From a virus (taxonomy: Duplodnaviria > Caudoviricetes), in the IMG/VR virus record IMGVR_UViG_3300043103_000165, positions 1 to 32,208 of that record: DNA of 32,208 nucleotides, one strand, 5' to 3'. The position numbers and the translations under genes were made by a program. The first letter of the stretch is position 1; every line of letters begins with the position of its first letter. A model generated the notes under the pieces. It searched no databases and was not told the DNA's origin. It saw only the letters and a program-made list of their open reading frames with translations. This document shows positions 1 to 8,739 of the stretch, piece by piece.

Positions 1-1232
1 ATTTCATGTATGTGCATGATGGCAGCTCTTTGATTACCAGTCCATTTGTTATGGTAATGGTAATAATCTGAGGAAGTAAGTGCAGGAATAATTCGTGTAA
101 CAAATCCTTGTTCTTCATTTTCAGTAATTACCTCTTTTGTTTTTCTACCGTGGTAATGTCCTGTATATAAAATACGATGAGTTGCGTCACCCCATTCAGT
201 AGGAAACTCTACAGCATATACTAATGGGTTATTTTTAGAAGACACATCTCCATGTTCTACAGCAATCATGTTTTTACCGTACACAATTACTTTACGTTCT
301 GCATATTCTACATTAAATGATATATCATAATCATTTCTAAATACTTGAGAAACAGCGTGTATCATATGATATGATGATAATCTATCGTGATTACCAGGTA
401 CAAATACAACTTCAAGTTTATCACAAAAAGGTTTTAATCTATTTACAGCAATACACACAGCATCAAATGCTTTTAAATATGCTTTAGTTGCAACTTCTGA
501 ATTTTCTACAGGTGTTCCTTTTGTAGTCGTACCATCAAAAGTATCCATGTTTAATGTATCAGGTCCTATTATAAATACAATCTTATCTAAATAATAGTTC
601 TTGTATGCTTTACCTACAAGATATAACAAAGCAGTATCCATAATTTCTGCCATGTTCTCATTACCAGGTTTACCAAAGTGTAAGTCTTGTAAAGAAATAA
701 CCCCGCACACTTTTTCAGTTGATACTGGGTTTAAGTGAATGGGGTTAATGTCTTTGTAAACAGGTAACTTATATGTTGTGAGTTGTTGTAAGAAAGATTG
801 TTGTATAACCTGTGCTTGCGGGAGTTTTGTAATTAATGCTGAAACTAACCATTTATTGTTTTGTTCCTTATTCCAAAACTGTGATAACTTCCATTGCGTA
901 GTATCTATACCTAGCATTGCAATTATCTCGTCAGGTGTTCTAGGTTCTGTTGTAGAGAGTGCTGTTATTTTACTTGTACCATTATCTACGTTTTCATGAA
1001 TTTCTACAATTTTAGAAAAATCAGGTGCATCATGTGGTAACACTTTTTTATCTATTTGTGAAAATAAATCATCATTAAGAATCACATTTTCACCAAGATT
1101 TAATATTGTATCTGTAACTTCTTTTTTAATTGTTTTGTAATCTGATAAAGATAATGCTAATCTTGATGCTTCTTCTTGATTAGACTTTTTTCTTTTTAAT
1201 CCTTGGTAAACTAATTTGCTTATAAGTGCCAT
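1..1232 (-). CDS. Calcineurin-like metallophosphoesterase (runs off the window start; not in the ORF track)
   Basis: I read it by hand from ATG at 1232 (MALISKLVYQG...). It carries motifs DLHFG, GPD, PGNHD, EHGD and TGHYH in the canonical order and stays open to position 1. Confidence 0.85.
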   Translation of the reverse strand, partial: MALISKLVYQGLKRKKSNQEEASRLALSLSDYKTIKKEVTDTILNLGENVILNDDLFSQIDKKVLPHDAPDFSKIVEIHENVDNGTSKITALSTTEPRTPDEIIAMLGIDTTQWKLSQFWNKEQNNKWLVSALITKLPQAQVIQQSFLQQLTTYKLPVYKDINPIHLNPVSTEKVCGVISLQDLHFGKPGNENMAEIMDTALLYLVGKAYKNYYLDKIVFIIGPDTLNMDTFDGTTTKGTPVENSEVATKAYLKAFDAVCIAVNRLKPFCDKLEVVFVPGNHDRLSSYHMIHAVSQVFRNDYDISFNVEYAERKVIVYGKNMIAVEHGDVSSKNNPLVYAVEFPTEWGDATHRILYTGHYHGRKTKEVITENEEQGFVTRIIPALTSSDYYHYHNKWTGNQRAAIMHIHE

Positions 1233-1255
1233 AGTATTAATATTTTAGAGTTATA

Positions 1256-1263
1256 CAAATATA
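1256..1263 (-). promoter_or_regulatory. Bacteroidota-type -7 promoter element (TATATTTG)
   Basis: Matches TAnnTTTG on the minus strand, about 24 nt upstream of the phosphoesterase ATG and just after a terminator. Confidence 0.6.
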
Positions 1264-1278
1264 GTTATTTTTAATTAT

Positions 1279-1308
1279 AAAAAACAAACCCTCGTATTTC
1301 TACAAGGG
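1279..1308 (-). terminator. Rho-independent terminator
   Basis: Minus strand reads CCCTTGTA-GAAA-TACGAGGG followed by TTTGTTTTTT, downstream of the 1051-aa gene. Confidence 0.75.
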
Positions 1309-1350
1309 AATGTTCTATCTATGGAAAACCAACAAACCATAAATATGTTA

Positions 1351-4300
1351 TCATGGATAGTATCCATTATCTGTAAGTGCTGTATCAAATATAGAAGAAG
1401 CTCCAGGTTCTGTTTGAGTTTGAGAATACATAAAGTAATCATTACTATTTAAAGTAACAGATGGAGTAGGTGCAGAATTAATATTAATAGAATCTATATA
1501 AAAGCCATTTCCTGCAGAAGATAAACCTGTAAGAGGAGATAAATGTTCTCTCATAAATGCTATATATACATTTTGACCAGCATATGCTGAAAGATCAACT
1601 ATTTTTTCTGTCCATTGTGTATGCACACCTGTTGGATTTAATATGGGATCATATGTTAAATATGAAGAAGTATCTGAAGGTAAAGCATCAGACCAAGTTG
1701 CAACTGTTATAGTATAACTTGTAGTAACTCCTTGTAAAAATGTTGCAGGTGCAATCATTATTTTTAAATAAGTAGGGTTACCTCCAACACTAGCAGGATC
1801 AGCTACATCCATTTTTGCATAAAAACGCAATTGACCATTTGTTGGAATTGTAACAGCAGGAGTTGCTAAATAATTTTTAGTTGTATTACCTGTGGTAGCA
1901 TTTACCTTCATTATGTATGCTGAACGAGAACCTTGATAAAAATTACCAGCTCCTGCTATAGGTTGCCAATTATGTATTGATGTTAAATTAAATCCATTAT
2001 TGAATATCATCCAAACACCTGAACTATTACTCCAAGTTGCAGGTAATGAGCTAAATGTACTAGGTAAACTAGTAGTATCAAAACCTTCAGTAAAAGTTGG
2101 CGTACCTTGAGTAGCAGAACCAGTAATCAAGATTCCTGCACAATCTATATACTCATACTCATAAGGTTTACCTGTACCACCTGCAGTTAATAAATATTGT
2201 CTACAAGGATAAGGTGTTAGAACATGTGTAGTTATAAATTTTACAGGTCCTGCAACATTTGTAACTGGAGCAGTTATAATAGATCTATTAATAAAAGTAT
2301 ATACTTTATTGTGTACTAAACTTGTATTAGTTTTTGTTTCAGTTATAATACTTCCATTTCTATTAACATATGCAATTGTAAATGATGCACCAGACCCTGC
2401 TTCAATTAAATAACTATTTGCAGATAAACCAAAACATGATACAACATTTTGTGTGTTAATAAGAGAAGTATATGTAATTTGTTGACAGTCGTCATCAAAT
2501 ATTTCATCCAATGTTTGTGTAACATTTAATTGATCTTTGTATGTAACAGAACCACCAGTTGGAAATAATATATCAGGATTATGCATTGTGCCAATGTATC
2601 TAGCAGTTGTAGTAGCTAAACATTGTTGTATATAATTTACAGAACCTGTGCTTAATATAAATGTTACGTAAAGATTAGTTATGTTAGAAAGTAATTGTAT
2701 ACCAATATATTTACCAGTATAAACACACGGAGTTACTTTATCAGACATGTATACAATATCTCCAACAGAAATAGTATTTGTAAATACACCTAATGGTCTG
2801 TATACGTACACTAAAACATAATCATCAAGTGTACATACATTAGGATCTGGTGTTGAGTAACCATAAACTGCAGAAGACTTTATAATAGCTAACCTTGCAG
2901 GTTGAAATACTCTAACAGGTACATTTTCACAACAGTTGCATGCTTTCGTAGATAATAATTGTAATACAGTTTCTACAGGTGTATCCGTTAATATTCCAGC
3001 ACAAGCAATATTGGGTCCTGTATAATTAACACAAGCACTATCGTAAGTAATACCACACGCTACATCAGAAAGATCTGGTAAAGGTAATGTTGTAGTAAAG
3101 TCTAAACATGTTGATGGTGTATCTGGTGTTGGTGAATTGCTCATTGTAATTTGTGTTAATAAATTATTATAACCAGTAGTATTATTATATGTAATATTAG
3201 AATTTGCTAATCTAATACAATACTCAGGTCTAGATTCTAAATTGATATCTGCGATTTGTAATAACAAATTATATTGACCATCAGGAATATCATTAACTAA
3301 AGATTGAGAAATAGTTTGATTAGATGTCCAAAATCTAGTATCAACGTTTAATTGTTTTTTATATTCAACACCTGAAGCATTTTTAAAAATTAAATAAACT
3401 TTTTTAAGTGTTAATATGTTTCCATAACCAACATTTAAAATATTCATTGTAACATCAATTGTTGTTCCAACAATCACTGTTATAAAATTTAATTGTAAAC
3501 GATATCCTAAATTTCTAACTATTTCATTGTAATAACCTTGAGATGTCCATTGATCCCAAATTTCTGTAAAATAATCTCTATTTAATGTTGAAAAATTTAA
3601 AGCATTTAATTCTATAACTGCATTACTACCATTTGTTCTAAGTCCACTATCACAACTATTAAATCCATTAGTTTCACCATTCATTGGTAAATATTGTGAA
3701 GAGTTTGCAATAAAATTATAATCAGTTGTTCCTATTGGATTTGTACATTGTGTACTAACATCGTAAGTACCCATGTCACCATAGTTGTTAAGAAAAGCAT
3801 CATTATAAAAACCAACTCTTGCAGTTGCAGTATTTTGAAAAGCTGTTGAGTTATTTAAAGTTGTACTACCATACATTTGACGTTTAGCATTTGCAGATCT
3901 AACTTGTATAGGTATGCTTGGATTAAAAGCAGCCAACATTGTATCAACAACGTTTTTTCTATTTAACCATTGAGTTGGGTTTATTGAACCTTCGTCTCCA
4001 AATTCAGAACTACCGCCTGTATAATACCATTCACCATAAACCCCAATAAATCCAGATTGTACAGATATAATAATATCTCTGTTTAAATTAATAACTGCAC
4101 TTAACTGATTAATGTGATCTATTATAGTTTGTTTATTTGGTTGAACTACTGATAAGTTTTCAAGAATGTATGCAGGTCTAAGAATAACTTTTAATCCTGC
4201 CTGTCTTATTCTATCAAAATCAGTTTGTAAATTAGATAAATAAGTATCAGTAATAACGCTACCATTATTTATAAATTCAGTTAGCAATACATATCTGTAA

Positions 4301-4506
4301 ATAACTGTAACTTTATCAACGCCAGTTCTCCATCCTGTAATTTCTAAGTAATCTATAAAACGATAAGTACCGTCACTATTTAAATTTTTAGAATATTTTT
4401 GTAAACCTCTTTCAGGATTTGCAAATATAGTAGTATTGTCTCCAGTGTAATAAAAAGTAGATGATGTGTTTGTTGGGCATGTTGGACATGGAGTATTAGG
4501 AAACAT
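1351..4506 (-). CDS. Multidomain putative virion/receptor-binding protein: DUF4874/DUF4832-like (glycoside-hydrolase-like) module, Cys-rich motif, and cleaved-adhesin/choice-of-anchor-J-like domain
   Basis: NPERG, GFIGVYGEWYY, RVGFYNDAFL and LGYRLQL recall DUF4874+DUF4832 proteins. The middle has ACVNYTGPNIAC. The C-terminal FTEGFD...NYLATP...WTEKIVDLSAYAGQNVYIAF...FYIDSI recalls cleaved-adhesin beta-sandwiches. Confidence 0.65.
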   Translation of the reverse strand: MFPNTPCPTCPTNTSSTFYYTGDNTTIFANPERGLQKYSKNLNSDGTYRFIDYLEITGWRTGVDKVTVIYRYVLLTEFINNGSVITDTYLSNLQTDFDRIRQAGLKVILRPAYILENLSVVQPNKQTIIDHINQLSAVINLNRDIIISVQSGFIGVYGEWYYTGGSSEFGDEGSINPTQWLNRKNVVDTMLAAFNPSIPIQVRSANAKRQMYGSTTLNNSTAFQNTATARVGFYNDAFLNNYGDMGTYDVSTQCTNPIGTTDYNFIANSSQYLPMNGETNGFNSCDSGLRTNGSNAVIELNALNFSTLNRDYFTEIWDQWTSQGYYNEIVRNLGYRLQLNFITVIVGTTIDVTMNILNVGYGNILTLKKVYLIFKNASGVEYKKQLNVDTRFWTSNQTISQSLVNDIPDGQYNLLLQIADINLESRPEYCIRLANSNITYNNTTGYNNLLTQITMSNSPTPDTPSTCLDFTTTLPLPDLSDVACGITYDSACVNYTGPNIACAGILTDTPVETVLQLLSTKACNCCENVPVRVFQPARLAIIKSSAVYGYSTPDPNVCTLDDYVLVYVYRPLGVFTNTISVGDIVYMSDKVTPCVYTGKYIGIQLLSNITNLYVTFILSTGSVNYIQQCLATTTARYIGTMHNPDILFPTGGSVTYKDQLNVTQTLDEIFDDDCQQITYTSLINTQNVVSCFGLSANSYLIEAGSGASFTIAYVNRNGSIITETKTNTSLVHNKVYTFINRSIITAPVTNVAGPVKFITTHVLTPYPCRQYLLTAGGTGKPYEYEYIDCAGILITGSATQGTPTFTEGFDTTSLPSTFSSLPATWSNSSGVWMIFNNGFNLTSIHNWQPIAGAGNFYQGSRSAYIMKVNATTGNTTKNYLATPAVTIPTNGQLRFYAKMDVADPASVGGNPTYLKIMIAPATFLQGVTTSYTITVATWSDALPSDTSSYLTYDPILNPTGVHTQWTEKIVDLSAYAGQNVYIAFMREHLSPLTGLSSAGNGFYIDSININSAPTPSVTLNSNDYFMYSQTQTEPGASSIFDTALTDNGYYP

Positions 4507-4528
4507 CTTTACTATTTTTAATTATTAA

Positions 4529-5155
4529 TTACCACCAGTTTTTAATACCTGTACCAGTACCAGCATAAACATCACTACCATCATAATATGATACAAAACC
4601 TTGATTGTCTAACATTGCTGTTAAAAATGATGTAATAGGAAAACCTGGTGATAAATTACCAAGTAGTTTTAATTTAGCTAACACTAAACATAAAGAACTT
4701 TCATTATTTACAGTTCCGTATTCACGTATTCCAGCTTGATATAAACCATTACTCAAAGGAGAAACTGTTGTATCCTGTATAAGATTACTAAATTCTGTAG
4801 AACAAGAATTAAAAGTATTACAACATAGTAAAGGATTAATATTAGCAACATTATCTACTATTGTAAATGCATAAGCAGCATTTTGTATATCGTAATTATC
4901 ACAACATTCAGATTTTATTCCGATTGTGTCAAATATAGAATCTACTAAAACATCTTCACTTGTTACTGTGTTATATGCGGGACCTAAATATATAAAATCT
5001 CCACAATCAGAATAACAATATTCATCAGAAGAACCAAGATTAACAAAATTATTATCTGCAACTAGTGTTTCAATACTATCTGTATTTCCTGTAGTATTAT
5101 ATAATCCCATTATATAATCTATATAACTTACTATTGGATTTTTTGTACAAGCCAT
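4529..5155 (-). CDS. Cys-rich hypothetical protein, paralogous to the C-terminal part of 5190-6020
   Basis: 208-aa ORF sharing CxxNP, FNSCxTxF and EYGxxNNxSxLC with the adjacent gene. Confidence 0.75.
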   Translation of the reverse strand: MACTKNPIVSYIDYIMGLYNTTGNTDSIETLVADNNFVNLGSSDEYCYSDCGDFIYLGPAYNTVTSEDVLVDSIFDTIGIKSECCDNYDIQNAAYAFTIVDNVANINPLLCCNTFNSCSTEFSNLIQDTTVSPLSNGLYQAGIREYGTVNNESSLCLVLAKLKLLGNLSPGFPITSFLTAMLDNQGFVSYYDGSDVYAGTGTGIKNWW

Positions 5156-5189
5156 TTTATTAGTTTTTATTTATTATTGTTTAATATTA

Positions 5190-6020
5190 TTATTTAGAAA
5201 CAAGAGGAGCAGGACATTCGCACAAATTAACATAATAATTATCAAATGCAGAAAATCCTCCAATTAAAGTGTTTCCATTTATAGGATCACAATAAACTAT
5301 TAAATCATTAGAATAAATAGCTTCCATTATAGATGTAATTTCAGCAGTTGTAAATAATTCAGTAAGTATGTTATTTAACTCACATAAACCAGAAACATTG
5401 TTAAAACCTCCATATTCACAAATATCGGCAATTCCAAGTCCAGGATTTAATTCACCATCAAGCGTAGGATCAAATAATGTTAAAAAGGTTGTAGCACAAG
5501 AATTAAAATTTGACCAATTATTAGTAATAGGTTCTACATTTGAAGGTGTTAAGTCTTTTAAATAATTATACATATCATCACATCTTGAATCACTCAAAAT
5601 TAATGAATAAACAATGCCATCAGGACAACAGTATTGACATTTTTTTAATACTATACCTGCTTTTAATAGGTCATCTGCTACATCAACTAATAACCACTCA
5701 TCATCCTGTGCAAATAATGAATCATATGTAAATCTTAATCTTTCAAAGAATACTCTAAGAGGATTAATACATTCTGTTTTATTACAACACAAACAAATGT
5801 TTGCAGCTATTGTTTGAATAACTGTATTTAAATTTGTGTTAGTAGGGATATTCATACATGTAATTGCTGGACCTGTGTAGTTAACACAAGCAGCATCATA
5901 CAATTCTTCACACTCAGTTCCTACACATGTAGGTGGAACAGGTGGTGTAGGAGGTACAGGAGGTGGACAACAATTTCCACAATTACAACCTTGGGTACAG
6001 TTTGAATTTAAACAAGACAT
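5190..6020 (-). CDS. Cys/Pro-rich hypothetical (putative structural) protein
   Basis: 276 aa with an N-terminal Cys cluster, a PPPVPPTPPVPP linker and the ACVNYTGPAITC motif. Confidence 0.75.
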   Translation of the reverse strand: MSCLNSNCTQGCNCGNCCPPPVPPTPPVPPTCVGTECEELYDAACVNYTGPAITCMNIPTNTNLNTVIQTIAANICLCCNKTECINPLRVFFERLRFTYDSLFAQDDEWLLVDVADDLLKAGIVLKKCQYCCPDGIVYSLILSDSRCDDMYNYLKDLTPSNVEPITNNWSNFNSCATTFLTLFDPTLDGELNPGLGIADICEYGGFNNVSGLCELNNILTELFTTAEITSIMEAIYSNDLIVYCDPINGNTLIGGFSAFDNYYVNLCECPAPLVSK

Positions 6021-6033
6021 ATTTTTTATTTAT

Positions 6034-7653
6034 TTATGGTTCACAAGGACTTATATAAGTTGGATCAAATTGAGCGTTAGCATATGATATAGAAATTCCA
6101 CACTCAAGATCTCTTTCTAAAGGACCACATGTACCATCAATACATACGGTTTGATCTTCTGAAACATAAGTATAAAGAACTTCATAATCTCCAACTGGTA
6201 TTGAAACAAGTACATCCTCATAAGCATCCATACCAGCATATGAACAACTATAAACTAGAAAACGTACTACCACATCAATAGGTGCAGCTAATGTATTTAC
6301 AGCTGGTAAACCAGTACTAGCATTAACCATTCTTACAGCAAGTCTTCTTCTTGTACGTGTATAGGGTGTATCAATTAAATCAGCATCTGTGCAAACAAGT
6401 GATACAGTGTCTAAAGGTGTTGTATTAGCTTGAATTAAAAAACCAATAGCTGGTACAATTATAACGCTGTTTAACAATGCGCGATTAGAACTACCACAAC
6501 TATAAACAGAAGTAACTGTAATGTTATATACAGTACTTGTTATAAATGCTGTACTTAATATATTATAAATATAGTCATCTACACCTGTATTAAAATTAAC
6601 AGTTTTTGTATAAATCGGTGATGCAAATAAAGTATCTGATACTTGATAAACATTAATTTCAAACATTATTGGTGTTTGAATACCTGATACAGATGATACA
6701 CTCCAAGATAAAGCTCCATATGTTATACCAGGTGCAATAGAATAATCTTCTACTCCTACTAAAATACATGGGTTTTCAGGTATACTATTAAAGTATTGCA
6801 CCATTGTATTTCTCAAATCTTGCATTGTTAACCATAAATTAGAAAACGAATCTGCAAGTGTATTTGGATTTATAACCCATCCACTCATATCTCTCATAAA
6901 TAATGAAGGATATAAAAGCTGAGGTTGATTTGCTAATGTTGGTATTTCTCTACCAATAGCCGTAGTTAAAGAAGAAGGTGTACCAATTACACTACTTAAA
7001 TTACAATAGGTGCGTTCAAAATTATAAAACGCTTCTTGTATTAAGATAAGTGTGTTTGGTGTAGAAGATGACGCACATTGAGATATTACGTAAATGTCTG
7101 ATGTTGAAGGAGTTGAAGGTAAAGCATCTACTTGTGTTTGAAGATCTGTTACTCTTGCACTAACAAGATTAATTTCATTCTGTTGACTATTAATAGCTGT
7201 AATGTTATCTACTATTCTTTGTGCTAAATAAACATTATATTCAGATTGAACAAGTTCTGTTACAACATCACCATCTTCATTTGTATAATATAATTCAACA
7301 GGTAATGGTAAAATTGGTTCACCAGATGGATCAACTGGAAAACTTAATAATTCAGGAGCAGCTCCACCAGCACAAACACTATTAATTAATAACTGAACTA
7401 ATTCTTGAAAGTTATCAGGTGGAATAGATTGAGGAGTAGGTAATAAACACGTATAATCTAATTGTGTTATATCAACCATTTCTGAATTAATACTACACAA
7501 TAAAGTGGCTAGTTTATATACAACTTCATCTATAGCATCACCTGCACAAAGATTAATACATGGAATGTCTGGACCTTGCCATATCACACATGCTGTAGAT
7601 ATTTTTGGACAGTTTTCTCTATTAGAACCTGGATTTGAGATAGGTACACCCAT
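6034..7653 (-). CDS. Putative fibre-like structural protein (Cys motif, coiled coil, FN3/Ig-like beta region)
   Basis: 539 aa. N-terminal ACVIWQGPDIPC; heptad-like segment INSQQNEINLVSARVTDLQTQVDAL; LSW...YNITVTSVYSCG resembles FN3. Confidence 0.6.
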   Translation of the reverse strand: MGVPISNPGSNRENCPKISTACVIWQGPDIPCINLCAGDAIDEVVYKLATLLCSINSEMVDITQLDYTCLLPTPQSIPPDNFQELVQLLINSVCAGGAAPELLSFPVDPSGEPILPLPVELYYTNEDGDVVTELVQSEYNVYLAQRIVDNITAINSQQNEINLVSARVTDLQTQVDALPSTPSTSDIYVISQCASSSTPNTLILIQEAFYNFERTYCNLSSVIGTPSSLTTAIGREIPTLANQPQLLYPSLFMRDMSGWVINPNTLADSFSNLWLTMQDLRNTMVQYFNSIPENPCILVGVEDYSIAPGITYGALSWSVSSVSGIQTPIMFEINVYQVSDTLFASPIYTKTVNFNTGVDDYIYNILSTAFITSTVYNITVTSVYSCGSSNRALLNSVIIVPAIGFLIQANTTPLDTVSLVCTDADLIDTPYTRTRRRLAVRMVNASTGLPAVNTLAAPIDVVVRFLVYSCSYAGMDAYEDVLVSIPVGDYEVLYTYVSEDQTVCIDGTCGPLERDLECGISISYANAQFDPTYISPCEP

Positions 7654-7654
7654 T

Positions 7655-7879
7655 TTATATTGTGTTTATTCGTTCTTCAATTTTTTCTAAAGTACAACTT
7701 CCAGGTGATAGACAACCACATGAATCTTGTTCTTGTTTACGTATTAATATAATACGTAGATCATTTGCCAAATCTTCATCAACAGTTATAGTACACGCTT
7801 TTAAACCGTATCTTTTTTTTCTGTATTTTAAAAAAACCGATTGTGCAAACACTTCTGTAATGCGTATTAGCGTATCCAT
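7655..7879 (-). CDS. Small hypothetical protein
   Basis: 74-aa ORF in the operon direction, tightly packed between neighbours. Confidence 0.7.
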   Translation of the reverse strand: MDTLIRITEVFAQSVFLKYRKKRYGLKACTITVDEDLANDLRIILIRKQEQDSCGCLSPGSCTLEKIEERINTI

Positions 7880-7891
7880 AAGTTAGTTAAG

Positions 7892-8035
7892 TTACTTTGT
7901 TTGATTAGCTTGATTTTTTGCAACTTTTGCTTCATAGTCTGTAACGCAATTTACGCATACAATTTTACCATCAGAAGCTGTTCTTTTTTGACATCCACAC
8001 CCTAGTGAGGAATAACAGTTTTGACATTGTGCCAT
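7892..8035 (-). CDS. 47-aa Cys-rich microprotein (CxxC...CGC...CxxC); not in the ORF track
   Basis: Hand translation MAQCQNCYSSLGCGCQKRTASDGKIVCVNCVTDYEAKVAKNQANQTK*. It fills the gap between two minus-strand genes. Confidence 0.75.
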   Translation of the reverse strand: MAQCQNCYSSLGCGCQKRTASDGKIVCVNCVTDYEAKVAKNQANQTK

Positions 8036-8057
8036 TGGTTTAAATATTTATTGGTTA

Positions 8058-8627
8058 TTATCTAGTGCAACTTACGCAGCATCCTGTTAAATATTTATCT
8101 AACAATCTTTCTGCATATGTGTACATTTCAACTGCTTGCACAGGAGCATTACAATACTCAGCTTTTGCTTTTGCAGCATCCATATACATTTTTATATATC
8201 TTAAATCATGCATTCTTTGATGTTGTTCAGCAGTAGGTTCACATGCTTGTAATTGTATTTTACATATTTCTGCATAATATCTATTCATCAAACGCGTGGT
8301 TCTTAAATGATAATACTGAACGTATACTGTTTCATTTGGTGAAACACTATATTTAATTGTGTATAAACCATCAGGGAATGTATCCAGTGGATCATTAACT
8401 GCTGTTAACCCTAAATCATTACTTGATAAGTTTAATACAAACCCAGGAGGATTTAATCCATCTGCTTCACCATAGTAAATAGGAATAGAAAAACCAGGTA
8501 AGTATATGTCAATTCTTGGACAATCAATTGCCAATCCTGTACCATATACAGATGCATCAAGTATTCTTATAATATTCTCACAAGCTGTTTCTGGTATATC
8601 TAACGCAAGTGTATGTTTAATTGCCAT
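8058..8627 (-). CDS. Hypothetical structural-module protein
   Basis: 189 aa with a PDGLYTIKYSV beta motif and a Cys-rich end (GCCVSC). It is the first gene after the terminator at about 8700. Confidence 0.7.
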   Translation of the reverse strand: MAIKHTLALDIPETACENIIRILDASVYGTGLAIDCPRIDIYLPGFSIPIYYGEADGLNPPGFVLNLSSNDLGLTAVNDPLDTFPDGLYTIKYSVSPNETVYVQYYHLRTTRLMNRYYAEICKIQLQACEPTAEQHQRMHDLRYIKMYMDAAKAKAEYCNAPVQAVEMYTYAERLLDKYLTGCCVSCTR

Positions 8628-8681
8628 AATTGATTCAGTATTAACATCATTACATAAAGAATTTACGAAAAAAAATTAAAT

Positions 8682-8717
8682 AAAACAAAAAGAGGAAAGA
8701 CTTTTAATCTTTCCTCT
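8682..8717 (-). terminator. Rho-independent terminator
   Basis: Minus strand AGAGGAAAGA-TTAAAAG-TCTTTCCTCT followed by TTTTGTTTT. Confidence 0.8.
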
Positions 8718-8739
8718 ATAATGTTTATATGACATGTTA

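Noticed and set aside
778-999. 73-aa Cys-rich plus-strand ORF
   Set aside because: It is an antisense shadow of the metallophosphoesterase gene.
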